The translations under genes were made by a program, and so were the position numbers. A stretch of DNA of 64,000 bases from Octopus vulgaris (taxonomy: Eukaryota). The stretch lies in NCBI GenBank assembly GCA_951406725.2, contig OX597814.1:164672001-164736000 (forward strand), read 5' to 3'. Within the stretch, counting starts at the first letter, position 1. Every line of letters begins with the position of its first letter. The notes below the pieces were generated by a model. It was not told the DNA's origin. It saw only the letters and a program-made list of their open reading frames with translations, and searched no databases. Shown one piece after another: positions 41,086 through 55,196 of the stretch.

Positions 41086-41671
41086 GAAAAATATTCACAT
41101 GAAAATGACATATATTATTAGAAAAACGTCTGAAATAATAAAAAGCAATCATTCAGAAATACGCCTTTCATTGCAGTATTTACAATATCAAATAATTGTT
41201 GCAATAAAATGAACTCGCGTAATCTCGGTAGATAGGCTCGACATATATTTCTTTTACATTCACTTTATTTCAATAAGATTATTGTATCATGCAAACTCTC
41301 ATTGAATAGGATTTAATATCATTCAAAGCATTTGATTAGCGAGGCGTGCATACAAAATTACTTATGTTATTTGGGTGGTTAATTTTTTTTTCATTTTTTA
41401 TTTATTTATCTAATGTTATATTTGTATATTTTGTCATGTGGTTTAGCCAGATGAAGAGTAAACAACGTTAATGGTCCTTTCAGAGGTTCTGTGATTGCAG
41501 GGTGTAAGGGGAGAAAGTTGTCTCTATGTCAGAGGACGTGACCTGAATGCTGGCAACAAACTACATGCAAGCAAAGGCTTTGGCGAAGGTGGCGTTAAAG
41601 CAGGCGATAGATTAGGTCTAAAAAAAATCCCAGGACTATTATTTTTGTGGACTGCTGTTGTCGTTGTATAC

Positions 41672-41972
41672 CAGTGGTTCTCAACCGAGGTTCACATGAT
41701 CCTCGGGGGCCCATATAAGAGTTGGGGACTCACAATAGTATAAGAGACCATGAAAGATTATTGCTTTAGCTGTATGTATTGCAAGAAACAGCCAGCTTTT
41801 TATATAGTTCAGTCTACACACGTTAATGTGTGAAAACCAAAATAGAAATTTTGAAAGAAGCATCTATAAAATTAGTTTTTAAACATCGAATGGTTAGGGG
41901 TTAGGGTGCTGGCACCAGAATAGAATAATGATCTAAGGGGCCCAACAAATAAAAAATGGTTGAGAACTATTG
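41672..41972. mobile_element. hAT-Charlie-like MITE
   Basis: TIR cagtggttctcaacc / ggttgagaactattg; 8-bp TSD ttgtatac / atgtgtac. Confidence 0.8.
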
Positions 41973-42049
41973 ATGTGTACTGTTGTTGAGGACTGTCTCA
42001 CATGTTGACTAAATATCATCAATGAAGAACACTTGAAACGAACACAGGG

Positions 42050-42127
<78 letters not shown>

Positions 42128-42678
42128 ACACACACACACACACAAATACACAAAACACAGTACAAATGTACGTAAATATACCTGCGTACACACACGCACA
42201 CATACACAGTAAGAAACACACACAACCTGTTCCTAACTGGAACGCTTTTGATCACAAATGGTTCGTTCAATTAAGGTTAATTTGTGTTCAGACAACATCA
42301 GCAACAACTACAATAATAAAACACGCGGATAAATATTACAATTAAAAAAAGTAAAATAAATATGTCCAACAGAGGAAGAAGTTGTGGGACGACCGCACTG
42401 GTGCAAGAATGTGGTTTGTGAACGGAGAACGAGCGTCTCAGGTCAGCCATGATAGAGAAAGCTTTTGATCAAAAGGTGTCCTAGTGGTGAATATTGTGAC
42501 CTTTTGTCTCACACTGCTAGAAACAGAAACCAAATTTCTTTCAGATCAAACCACAATATCTGAAAATAAGATGACTGGATTCTTCTTTGTTAGAATTGAA
42601 CTGAGGCCTAGCTATAAGTAGTAGTAGCATTAGTAGAAGTAGTAGTAGTAGACGAAGTAGTAGTAGTAGTAGTAGTAA

Positions 42679-42726
<48 letters not shown>

Positions 42727-43679
42727 CCTGAATGAACGAGAGTCATGTAACGAGGATATTTATATGTATTTATATATGTATGTATGTATGTATGTATGTA
42801 CGCATGCATGTATATATGTATTATGTATGTTTGCATGTATGAATGTATGTATGTACGTACGTTTGTATGTATGTACGTACGTTTGTATGTTTGTATGTAT
42901 GTTTGTATGTACGTATGTATATAGATACGTATGCATATATTCAGTGTAGCCCTGGTTATTATTCGTTGTGTACATTGTTAAGACAAAATGCGTAAATTAT
43001 ATTTCTTGTAGGTTAATCTAGGATTGAATGGCGAATTCATATTTAGCACATTGAAAGAAACTAAATTTGTAAATACAAAGAGTAATCGCATGAGAAAGAA
43101 TAGAGGTTTTGTGAAAGCGCTGGGGCGTATTCTAATTATCACGCTTCGTTTTGTTTAAAAATGCAAGCAAAGAATCGTCATTCAATCTTAAATTAAATAA
43201 TAATGAGCTTCATTTAATTGTCGAACTTGGAGATGAAGTAAACAACATATTGAGTGGACAAATTTTGCGTCGGTTTCGACGATGACTATTCAGTTGCACG
43301 ATTTCCTGAGTTATCTACCTGATAGCATAATGTGTAATCGGTTGAGTAAATACCCTTAACACTTCGCCTACCAATTCCATTTAGCGTCGTGTTAAGAATA
43401 TAACATGGCGAGTCACCGGTGATTTCCACGGTAAACAAAAATTGTTAACGTAATATTTAGGCTGTATCATAGTGATACAATATGTGTCAAGGAAGCACTT
43501 CTGAATTAGATATAAAAACCACAGGGCGGGCTTCTACACAGATTCCTTCAACCCAATATCACTCACAAGACGTGGGTTGAGCCGAGGTTAGGGTAGAAGA
43601 CACTCACCAAGATGCCACGAACTAGGATCGCACCCAGAATGTCATGGTTTCAATGCGAAATTATTAACTATGAAATGAA

Positions 43680-46020
43680 AATACCTCTCTCACATAGCAC
43701 TGCCAGGATAGAGATTTCTGAAAATTATCCATGAGTACCAACGCCGAAGTCCTTCGGAGCAGAACCGCCAGTGGAATCTCGTCGATGCCCAGAGTTTCCA
43801 TGCTATTGCCGGTTACTGACCCTCCACAGAACACCATACTGGAAATTCCACATACTGCATTGCCCGATTGGCATAGGTCTGTGAGGGTCTAATGAGATTC
43901 TAGCTATTACGTGCTCTATCTCGTCTACGCTTGATCCAGTATTGCAGCTCTGCCTAAGACACAAGCTGTTGAAAAGCGAGTCTGACAAAAGGCTATCACA
44001 GCTACACACCGTTAAGAAAACGTTGGAGATGTCTCAGCTACAATGCATGTCTACGCATTATCGGCCGCGGCCATGCTCAGCCCTCCACTCAGCGAATGTT
44101 CACCACAAATGAAGTGTCTAAACAATGGAACACGTCCCTTCCACATAAAGCGGAAGAGCAAGCGCTCCTGTCCGATAAGTGAACCGGGCAAGTCACGACA
44201 GTCAAGCGATAATATATGACGGTGACGATGTAAGCAACCTTTTAATGGTAGCTTTCTCTCGATCCATTTCTGGATGGATTGGCAACCCTACATATCACCT
44301 TGTCCCATTTTCTCCATTTGCAGGTTCAGATCAAGCGGGACGTATCCTAATATCTCTAGTTTCCGCAGTGATGGCTCAAGTGCCAGCACATACAGAAGAG
44401 AGGAGGGGAGGCAACTTTACAACTTTGACGGACTGAGCGCTTTGATTCCGAATGGTTACGAATAGTGACCATTTTCCCTAACCATCAAGCAGATATCGCT
44501 GTATCTTGTGGAAATCCAACTGCGGGACACTGATTAGAAACTACTACCCTGAGGTCGGCGAGCTGGCAGAAACGTTAGCGCGCCGGGGGAAATGTTTAGT
44601 GGTATTTCGTCCGTCTTTACGTTCTGAGTTCAAATTCTGCCGAGGTCGACTTAGCTTTTCATCCTTTCGGGGTCGATTAAAGAAGTACCTGTTACGCACT
44701 GGGGTCATTGTAATCGACTTAATCCCTTTGTCCGTCCTTGCTTGTCCCTCTATATTTAGCCCCTTGTGGGAAATAAAGAAATAAGAAACTACTGCCCTGA
44801 GAACAGCTGCCATGTATCGGTGGTCACCCTATCGAATCTGTTGGATATAAATTGATTAAGGGCGTACTGATTCCAGAGGTGGGGGATGCTGTAGATATAT
44901 TTGTTCTGGATGGAATGTTTTCGCAACAAGCACCAATCTCTTTGCTTACATCTCGGACAAAATTCTGAAATCTGTATTAACGGAATTATTGACCGAAAAT
45001 TATCAGTGTGATCCCCATTAGCGCTACCTCTCCTGTACTTGCAACACTGGGAATTATTCCGTTCTTCAACATCTGTGGTAAGAGGTCTCCAAGCAAGTCT
45101 GGCATAAAAGTCAAGCTCATTGGATAGAGCATTTAAACCAGGCGGTTTTCTTGCCGTGCATCTATCCACTGCTTCCCCTATTTCTGCGGCTATTATAAGA
45201 TTTTCGTAACACTCCGCCTCTATTTTAAAAGTGGCGACTGTCGAGGTATGCACTGAAATTCATCCTGCGTTCCGGTTCGCTATTTGTCTCGAACAGTTGA
45301 CTGAAGTGCTGCTGAGAAGCTGTACACATCTGCTTAACATAAAACTATTATAGTCCATCAAAGACTTAATTTTCGCTTTGTTACGACATTGTACCATCTC
45401 ACTCGAGCCCACCGAACGGCTTTCCTATCTCCGTGTCTTAGCTCTAATAATGCAACCTCCGGCAACGTTGAAGAATTGGACGAAGCTTAATCTCGCCGCG
45501 AGCAAGTTAGTGCAAGTGTCTTTTCTAGCGTCCTAACATCTCTTTTAAGTTTCTATGTCTCCTTATATTCTATTTTCCTTTATCGTTTCGACCTTAGTAA
45601 ACCTGAACGATTCTACTCTAACCGCATTTTCATCGTAAACTACCATTTGTTGTTGATGATTGTCCCCGTCAACGACCATTTAACTAATTCACTATTACGG
45701 TTTCTGTAAGCCGTGCATACACCGGGTGTGACGCATTCAACTTCCAGTAAGCGGGTTCTTGCCTACGATCTGAGTTTACTGTACAGATCACACACATGTG
45801 ATCTAAGAATATGGTTCGTAACGTGGAATCCGCCGCTCTACTCAATCTCGGTAAACTTGGAAAGAAAGAAATCTCGTATTCATCGAAAATGGGCATGAAG
45901 GCTTGTAGATCTCTTTCGTAACTATTACCAAGCAGAGAAAAGTGCCTGCTCTCCCCGACCAAAGGAAGAAGGCGGGCGATTTTCACGTTGCACTCAAACG
46001 TTACTGGATTCGACTAACAT
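43680..46020 (-). pseudogene. Decayed L1/Tx1-clade LINE ORF2 (endonuclease end, RT, C-terminal region)
   Basis: Minus-strand motifs in order: DH..PAYWKLNAS (endonuclease end), KPPGLNAL, DNFRSII, FDRV, SVRQ..LLYVLALEP, LFRFMWKG, GGL, MDNFQKSLSWQCY; many stops/frameshifts; YADD region not found. Confidence 0.85.
44554..44783 (+). mobile_element. SINE family A monomer nested in the L1/Tx1 fossil
   Basis: 18-bp TSD agaaactact(a/g)ccctgag at 44536-44553 and 44784-44801. Confidence 0.92.
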
Positions 46021-46817
46021 GCGGAAGCAGCTATTGAACATAACTCCCCAAATCAACAATGTTTAGACACTTAACGAATGCTAACAAAAAAGTTTTATTG
46101 CTGTGCACCAAATAAATGTTTATAACATAGGCACAAGGTCAGAAATTTGTGGAGAGGAAAGAGGAGGAAAAATCGACTTTATCACATCCAGTACTTGACT
46201 GGTACTTCATTTTTTCAACTCCGGAAGAATGAAAAGTAAAATTAACCTCAGGCGGCATTTTAAAATCAGACGGTGAAAACAAAATAAAAATTCGAATAAA
46301 TACGAAAGGTATTTTATCCGTCACTAGCATTTGTGGCAATCAAATATTAGCACGGACGCTAGTCACTAGCACTTTAATGCAATAAATGTAGCAACTTAAT
46401 ACATAGTTAAAATAAAAGTAAGAAAAGCAAAAAGAATATATAACATTAAGATATTATATAGGGAAGCCAGCGACCTGAAGGTTTTCGTGACTGTGAGGTA
46501 TTAAATATACAGTGATAAGGTAGCTTGGTTAAGTATTCTTAGCAGTGTATCGTTAAAGTTCAGCAATAGCTGTGACATGTCAAACTACTATCTTTATTCT
46601 TAATGAATAATAATTACTTTGAGTCGACTTTAAAGCCACATATGGCTAAGAAGATTCCGAATAGATGCATTCCTATAGTAACGCAGATTAGCAGAAAAAC
46701 GTGTGAATAATCAATGATCGCATCTCTAATATCACTTAAAACAGTAAATGACTTAAATGGCATCATTTGTGTGTCTTCGTGTGTGTACACGTGTTTGCGT
46801 GTATAAATCACATGCGC

Positions 46818-46880
<63 letters not shown>

Positions 46881-47023
46881 TGTATGTGCAATGCATTTAT
46901 ATCACACATACATACACTTATATATAAATATAAATACATATATATGTACGAATCAACGTGATATGTATCTGATATATATGTATATACGTGTGTTTGTATA
47001 TGCGCCTCTCTCTCACTCTCTCC

Positions 47024-47092
<69 letters not shown>

Positions 47093-47218
47093 TTTAATGT
47101 CGAACGTTGAAAATGAGTGTTCAACACCGCATTGGTGGCTATATATATATATATATATATATATGAAACCAATGGTAGCCTTAATTCACAAATAAAGAAA
47201 TTATATCCACAATCTGAG

Positions 47219-47529
47219 GGCGCATGGCTCTGTGGTTAGAGCGTCGAGCTTACGATCGTGAGGTTGTGAGTTCGATTCCCGGACCGGGCTGCGTGTTGTA
47301 TTCTTGAGCAAGACACTTTATTTCACGTTGCTCCAGTTAACTCAGATGTAGAAATGAGTTGCGACATCACTGATGCCAAGCTGTATCTGCCTTTGCCTTG
47401 GATAACATCAGAGGGGTGGAGAGGGAAGGCTAGTATGTATGGGCGACTGCTGTCCTTCCACAAGCAATCTTGCCGGACTTGTACCTCGGAGGGTAACTTT
47501 CTAGGTGGGATCCCATGGTCATTCATGAC
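47219..47529 (+). mobile_element. SINE family C
   Basis: ggcgcatggctctgtggttagagc..gagttcgattccc; same tail as the 15215 and 62434 copies. Confidence 0.9.
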
Positions 47530-48210
47530 ATATATAGATGTATATGTGTGTCGCCATAAAAAAGACAGAATGGATTAAACAGAGCAAGAGGAGAATCGTA
47601 AGATGAATAGTTGCTGAAATTATATCTGAAGTGAAGAACGAATATATAGTGCGTATGTTTATTTGGCAAGAAAGAAATGAGCGATTCGATAAATATATAT
47701 ATATATATATATAAATTAAATTAGAGATAAAACCACTATTAGGCAAATCAAGTAAGTTTGTAAGTTTGGATTTACTATATATATACATACACAGATATCA
47801 TGTATTAATATTTTGGTTCGTAATGAGCTTAAAGTATCATGGAAGCAAAAGTACCGCCTGATCACATCTGGGACGTTAGTTTTTCACAAGCAGCCCGTAC
47901 TTCTTAAAATGCAGCATAAGGATAGATTGGTATTTGTTTTTCACACTATTGCTGATCATATGGATGAGTCAAATATTGGTTTATGATCATCTGCTTTGGC
48001 TTTGATCTTGGTATTAATTTTAAACTGACACACAGGCATAAGCAATAAATGAGTAGACAATCGATTATTATATAGTTGTTGCCGAGCCAATACTATCGCT
48101 TCTACAGAGTTACACAGCTTCCAATAGAAATAATAGCCAAAATGCCTCAAAAACTTTACAGTATTGGACCTCTGTTGTACAGATTTGCATCTAGAAATAA
48201 CAATCATAAT

Positions 48211-48420
48211 CTTTTCTACTGATGGCACAAAGCATGAAGTTTGTGGGGAGGGGACTAGTTGATTACATCGACCCCAGAATTTCACTGGTACTTAATTTAT
48301 CGACCCCGAAAGGATGAAAAGCAAAGTGGACCTCGCGTGGAATTAGAACGCACAACGTAAAGCCAGAAGAAATGCTGCCAAGCATTTTGTCCAGTGTGCT
48401 CACGATACTGCCAGCTCGCT
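48211..48420 (-). mobile_element. SINE family A, alternative-tail (older) subfamily
   Basis: Family A body with ggcacaaagcatgaagtttgtggggagggg tail; similar older copy at 46128-46322. Confidence 0.82.
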
Positions 48421-48684
48421 ATCGAATGAGGTTTATAGTTCGATTCGAAATTATGGCAAAAGGCACTTACGAAAGTGGGATTGAATACGATACCAAGCTG
48501 TTGAGAAGCAAACTTCTTAAGCACAGGACCATGTCAGTGCCTTGGATTGAAACAAAAACTATTTTTTATCAGGGAAAATGTGTATTTACGGATGTCGGTT
48601 TTTCTGTCAACTTAATAGATAAAAGATTTCTGTCAACTTAATAGATAAAAGATCTTATCGCAGTGTTCAAAGTTTAAATACAAA

Positions 48685-48793
<109 letters not shown>

Positions 48794-48981
48794 GAGCGGA
48801 TACATCTTAAATGTAATCTGTCTGATTGGCTGAAAGCTATCTCTCCCGTATTGAATATTTTTTGCTCATACTTTTGTACATTCATTCATACATACATACA
48901 TACATACATACATACATACATACATACATACATACACACATGCAGACGTATGTAAATATTTATATGTATGTATATACATAC

Positions 48982-49015
<34 letters not shown>

Positions 49016-49184
49016 GCAATGTTTATATATATTCGTGTGTGTGTGTATATGTATATATATATACATACGACATGATTTGTATATATAAATACATACATAA
49101 ATTCATACATATCTATATGTATACACACACACATACACACAACATATGTATATATACATATAGCATATATATATATATATATAC

Positions 49185-49226
<42 letters not shown>

Positions 49227-49402
49227 TGGATGTATACATACCCACACACACACACACATGCACACACACACACACACACACGCACACACATAGAGAAACA
49301 CACAGGCATTCAGTTAATGTATTTATTTAAATGATATTTGCTCTTTTAGCAATTATTCTTATCTCAAATGACAGAAATATCATTAGTGTTATTAAGTATT
49401 AT

Positions 49403-50426
49403 TATGACAAAAGACTCGGTAAACCTCATTCGCAAAACGACAGAAAATTGTAGTGATGGGTCCGTGAAGAGAAGTTAAGAGTACAAGGACTCGTCGTCAC
49501 CTGAATATTTAATTAACCTGTGATACTATGGCTCCTGTAAAGACAATTAAAAATATACAACTTTTCAAATTACCGATGCTGTATCCGTACGTGCGTTCAG
49601 GTATGGCAACACTGACATCATGGCGTAATAGTGAAGTAAATGAAACTCCGTCGTTTTCGACGATTATTAATGCAGTCGTTCAATCAACTGAATTGCGTTG
49701 TCGAGTCACAGAATTAGCCTGTTATTGGCTGAATACTCCACAAGCAAATACTCACTTAATTTACTTCTCAGCTTGACAGAAACTGTCCTCTTTGAACAAA
49801 AAGTACCTCGAAAACGACGGTCATTTCGGTTTCTGTCGACTCAATTTCATTAATAAAACTTGGTTCGACCTGAAGTTTCAGTAAGTGGCATTTGGTCAAG
49901 ATGCCCCCGAGGTGCATCGAACTCTAGATTGCAAGATTGTGAAGCAAACTTAAGGACTTGGCTATCTGTGTCTAAACGATTGTATATACTTATATACGTA
50001 ACTATATGCATAGCCACACTGACAAGAAAGGGTATATACATACATATATGCATGCATGCATGCATACATACATACATACATACATAGATACATACATACA
50101 TACATACATACGTGCATACACACACGCATACATACATACATACATACATACATACATACATACATACATACATACATACATACATACATACATACATACA
50201 TACACACACATGCACGGACACACTAACATATTCACTTATGTATGACAAAAGACTCGGTAAACCTCAATTGCAAAACAACAGAAAATTGTAGTGATGGGTC
50301 CGTGAAGAGAAGTTAGAGTACAAGGGCTCGTCACCTGAATATTTAATTAATCTGTGATACTGTGGCTCCTGTAAGACAATTAAAAATATACAACTTTTCA
50401 AATTACCGATGCTGTATCCGTACGTG
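49403..50426. repeat. ~185-bp direct duplication (49403-49593 and 50241-50426)
   Basis: tatgacaaaagactcggtaaacctca..caaattaccgatgctgtatccgtacgtg present twice with few differences. Confidence 0.92.
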
Positions 50427-50504
50427 AGGAATATTACGTATATACACTTATGAGGAATATTACGTATATACACTTATGAGGAGCTACTCTAAAATGATGG
50501 TGTG

Positions 50505-50548
<44 letters not shown>

Positions 50549-51332
50549 TCCGTCTTTTACGACAATGAGTTCCAGTTGAGCCTATCAACGGAACAAGCTG
50601 CTCGTAAAATTGACGTGCGAGTGGCTAAGTGCTCCACAGACGAGCATACCCTGAGTGTCTTGCTCAAGGACACATGACGTTGTATATGCATACGCACAAA
50701 CACAATCATACGCACAAACACAATCATACGCACACATACCCATACACTTACAGATACACAAAGTAACGTTGGCATATTGGTGCGTATATACATTCATGTA
50801 ATCACATTGACGTGAACTGAAATGAAGGGTGATGCCAATAGTTCAAGTAATGAGTGTTTAAATATCGATCAGCGCTCAGATTCAGTCTGTTTTAAAGGGG
50901 TTTGGATGGACCTCCGTTGGTTTCGATGATGCGCTTTTTTTTTTACCAGTTAGTTTAATTACCTGCTCCTGAACTAATACGTAAGTGGCTGAGTATTCCA
51001 CAGATACGTGCCCCCTTAATGAAATTCTCATGCAGAGTTAGGGTGACAAAATTATATGAAAAGGCTGTACTTTTTTAATTACAGGTACAATCAATCTGTT
51101 ATACCTGGCTTCTATTAAGTTTCAGTCTAATCAATTTTACTCATATGGTATGGGTCGATTTAAGGCTATAAAAAATTACATTTACTTAAAGTAACACATC
51201 GTTGGATCGAACGCGCGGCCTCGTGATTGGGGAATGATCGTCTTAGCGATTCGAGCACATTACGCCTAAAGTAGCTTACGCTTGTTGACAAATTCTATTT
51301 ATTGACAAGCCTAACATAAATAGATAGATAGT

Positions 51333-51380
<48 letters not shown>

Positions 51381-51463
51381 CAGACAAAGGAAGAGAATAA
51401 AGGAGACAGAGAAAGGGTCGGAAAGGTAGAATGAGAGAGAGAGAGAGAGTGAGAGAGATTGAG

Positions 51464-51534
<71 letters not shown>

Positions 51535-51572
51535 CATATGTTTTTCTTTCGCTCATTACCAAGATTGTGTCC

Positions 51573-52026
51573 AATTTGAACTTAGAACGTAGCGGCAGAC
51601 GAAATACCTATTTCTTTACTACACACAAGGGGCTAAACACGGAAGGGACAAACAAGGACAGACAAACAGATTAAATCGATTATATCGACCTCCAGTGCGT
51701 AACTGGTACTTATTTACTCGACCTCCGAAGGGATGAAAGGCAAAGTCGACCTCGCCGGAATTTGAACTCAGAACGTAACGGCAGACGAAATACCTATTTC
51801 TTTATTACTCACAAGGGGCTAAACATAGAGGGGACAAACAAGGACAGACATAGGTATTAAGTCGATTACATCGACCCCAGTCCGGAATTGGTATTTAATT
51901 TATCGACTCCGAAAGGAGGAAAGGCAAAGTCGACCTCGGCGGAATTTGAACTCACAACGTAACGACAGACGAAATACCGCTAAGCATTTCATCCGGCGTG
52001 CTAACGTTTCTGCCAGCTCGCCGCCT
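51573..52026 (-). mobile_element. SINE family A multimer (two full units plus start of a third)
   Basis: Junctions cgaaatacctatttcttta at ~51600 and ~51786. Confidence 0.9.
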
Positions 52027-52306
52027 TTACCTTTAGAAATATCATTCCCATTCAAAAGGAAGAACGCTTATACTTCACTTAGCAATTTTTTTTTCTTTTT
52101 CCTGCTGTATGAATGAATCCCAAAATGGGCAAGGAAACGTGTAGAGACGTTGACATTTTAAAAAAAAATTGTAAACATAGAGAAAACGAGAAAAAGTGAA
52201 TCGGAGTTAAAGGACAGCAGATAGAAGAGAATACTATTAAACCTTTCACTCGTTTCAGTTAATGGACAGCGACCATGCTGGAGCAACTACCTTGAAAGGT
52301 TTAGTC

Positions 52307-52562
52307 CAATGGTTTTCAACCATTTTTTAATCTACGGACGCTATGGACCCCTTGATTATAATTTTAGTCATGCGCACCCTCTTAGTCTTAAAACATCCTA
52401 TTGTATTTTTATTATTAAACATTATTAGGAATTTTATTTTAAAAAATTGTTAAAATGTGTTGTGTATTGTAGAAGTATGAGCAATTTATTGCTCATAGAT
52501 TTTAACAAAATCTTATATGCCTCCCCAACCAAGGGCCATATGGGCCAAGGTTGAGGACGATA
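52307..52562. mobile_element. hAT-Charlie-like MITE nested in an old SINE B (52245-52705)
   Basis: Starts caatggttttcaaccatttttt (rc of the 41672 element end); SINE B tail continues on both sides. Confidence 0.65.
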
Positions 52563-52750
52563 AAATTGACCCCAGTACTTAATTCCTTAAAAAAATTCTG
52601 TTACTTATTCTATCAATCTTCTTTTACCGAAACACTAAATTACGGGGACGTGGACAAAGCAACACCGCTTATCAAGGGGGGGCGAGGGCAAGTATAAACA
52701 TAAGGGGACACACACACACACACACACATTCATGTATCTTTTATCGTTTG

Positions 52751-53205
52751 TCTTTTACTTGTTTCAGTCATTGAACTGCGGCCATGCTGGAGGACCGCCT
52801 TGAAGAATCTTAGTCGATCGAATCGACCTCACTACTTATTTCAATAAAGCCTGGTACTTATTCAAGCAGTTTCTTTTGACGAACCACTAAGTTCGGAAAC
52901 ACGCTAACACTTGTTTGAACCGCCGGTTGTACACACACACACACCCACACCCACACACACACACACTGAGGCGCGTGTGTGTGTGTCTGTGTATGTGTAT
53001 CTATGTGTATCTCTTTGTGTTTGTCCCCCATCACCGCTTGACAAACGGTGTTGGTTTGTTTACGTCCCCGTGAATCAGCGATTCGGCAAAATTGAGTTGA
53101 GGGCGGCAAATTAAATATCAGGCTTAAAAATAATAGTATTGGGATCGATTCGTTCGACTGAAATTCTTCAAGGCAAGGTTGCAATCTCATGACTGAAACA
53201 AGTTA
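52751..53205. mobile_element. Two SINE B 3' halves in inverted orientation (52751-52910 minus; ~53000-53205 plus)
   Basis: Family B tail motifs on opposite strands, ~100 bp apart. Confidence 0.75.
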
Positions 53206-53220
53206 GAGAATAAAAATCAA

Positions 53221-53617
53221 TGGCTGTGTGGTAAGTAGCTTGCTAACGAACCACATGGTTCCGGGTTCAGTCCCACTGCGTGGCACATTGGGCAGGTGTC
53301 TTCTACTATAGCCTCGGGCCGACCAAAGCCTTGTGAGTGGATTTGGTAGACGGAAACTGAAAGAAGCCCGTCCTTTATATATGTATATATATGTATATGT
53401 GTGTATATGTTTGTGTGTCTGTGTTTGCCCCCCCCCCCCAACATCGCTTGACAACCGATGCTGGTGTGTTTACGTCACCGTAACTTAGTGGTTCGGCAAA
53501 AGAGACCGATAGAATAATTACTAGGCTTACAAAGAATAAGTCCTGGGGTCGATTTGCTCGACTAAAAGGCGGTGCTCCAGCATGGCCACAATCAAATGAC
53601 TGAAACAAGTAAAAGAG

Positions 53618-53618
<1 letters not shown>
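53221..53618 (+). mobile_element. SINE family B
   Basis: tggctgtgtggtaag..gggttcagtcccac..ttgggcaggtgtctt..ctccagcatggcc..aagtaaaagagta. Confidence 0.92.
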
Positions 53619-53667
<49 letters not shown>

Positions 53668-54625
53668 CATAAATATGTGTATGTATATGATGGCCTGGTG
53701 TTTAGTTCTAGTTTCATTATCGTTAAACAGGTTCAGATCATCCACGGGAAACTAAGTCCATCAATTACAGCTTTTCGTCCATCGGACAAGAGGAGCTGAG
53801 GATGGAACTGCAAATTAACTGTTTGAAAATAGCTTGTTTGTTCGTATCTTGCCGTTCGTTTACACAGCTAGGTAGGTTGGGTCATTTGGGAATTAAATGT
53901 TCTTATTTCTTGGCCACGGACACACTGCAGTGTCAGGGATATGTCATGAACGTGACAACTACTCACTTAATTGCCCGCCAATATATTCGCTTGGCCGGTT
54001 ACTCCGTCAGGTAGAAAATGAAGGATGTCAAATGAAAAGAGACGAAGAGAAGAGGAGAGAAAGGTAGAAATGAATTGAGAGTAAGGGATAAAACAGAGCC
54101 AAACAAAAGGAATACAAATAAATGAGAACTAAAAAAACGGAATAATGAATGAGAGAAAGTGGAAGAGAAGGAAAGATTAATAAGACAGAGGGAGAAAGAG
54201 AGGGTGAGAGAGCATAAAAGAATACGAGTATGGGACGAAAATAATGTATGTATGTATGTATGTATGTATGTATGTATGTATCTAGCTATCTATCTAACTA
54301 TTCACACACACGCACACACACACACACACACACATACAAACAGACATACACACACATATACGGTAACTAAGAAACAGGAGAGGATACCAAAACGACATAC
54401 ATCAGCCTTGATGTATGTTGTTTTTGCATGCTCTCCATTTTCTTATTTGCCGTATAAATTAAGGGTAAACCACTTTTTACCCCCGGTCATATATGACACT
54501 CAATTGCGAGATTGAGTGTTATATACTAGCACTAGCACTTGGGTATGAATAATTGGGTACACTACCGGCAGTATATTAGATAGGTACTATCCCTCAGTTG
54601 GTTGGTTTCCCAACCTCTAACTCTC

Positions 54626-54694
<69 letters not shown>

Positions 54695-54697
<3 letters not shown>

Positions 54698-55078
54698 TCT
54701 TTTACTTGTTTCAGTCATTTGACTGCGGCCATGCTGGAGCACCGCCTTTAGTCGAGCAAATCGACCCCAAGGACTTATTCTTTGTAAGCCTAGTACTTAT
54801 TCTATCGGTCTCTTTTGCCGAACCGCTAAGCTGCGGTGACGTAAACACACCAGCATCGGTTGGGGGGACAAACACAGACACACAGACACACAAACACACA
54901 TACATATATATATATATATACGACGGGCTTCTTTCAGTTTCCGTCTACCAAATCCACTCACAAAGCTTTGGTCGGCCCGAGGCTATAGTAGAAGACACTT
55001 GCCCAAAGTGCCACGCAGTGGGACTGAACGCGGAACCATGTGGTTGGTAAGCAAGCTACTTACCACACAGCCACTCCT
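54695..55078 (-). mobile_element. SINE family B
   Basis: Near-full-length family B match. Confidence 0.92.
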
Positions 55079-55196
55079 ATACATACAAACACACACACAT
55101 ATATATTATATAAATATATATCTAGTATGCGTGTTTGTGTGTGTCTGTGTGCGTATATATATAATAGAATAATTACTATGAAACATTGTGTAGAGC

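Noticed and set aside
47219-47295. tRNA-like sequences (also 15215, 18078, 28152, 62434)
   Set aside because: A/B boxes run directly into SINE bodies and acceptor stems are not intact; SINE heads, not tRNA genes
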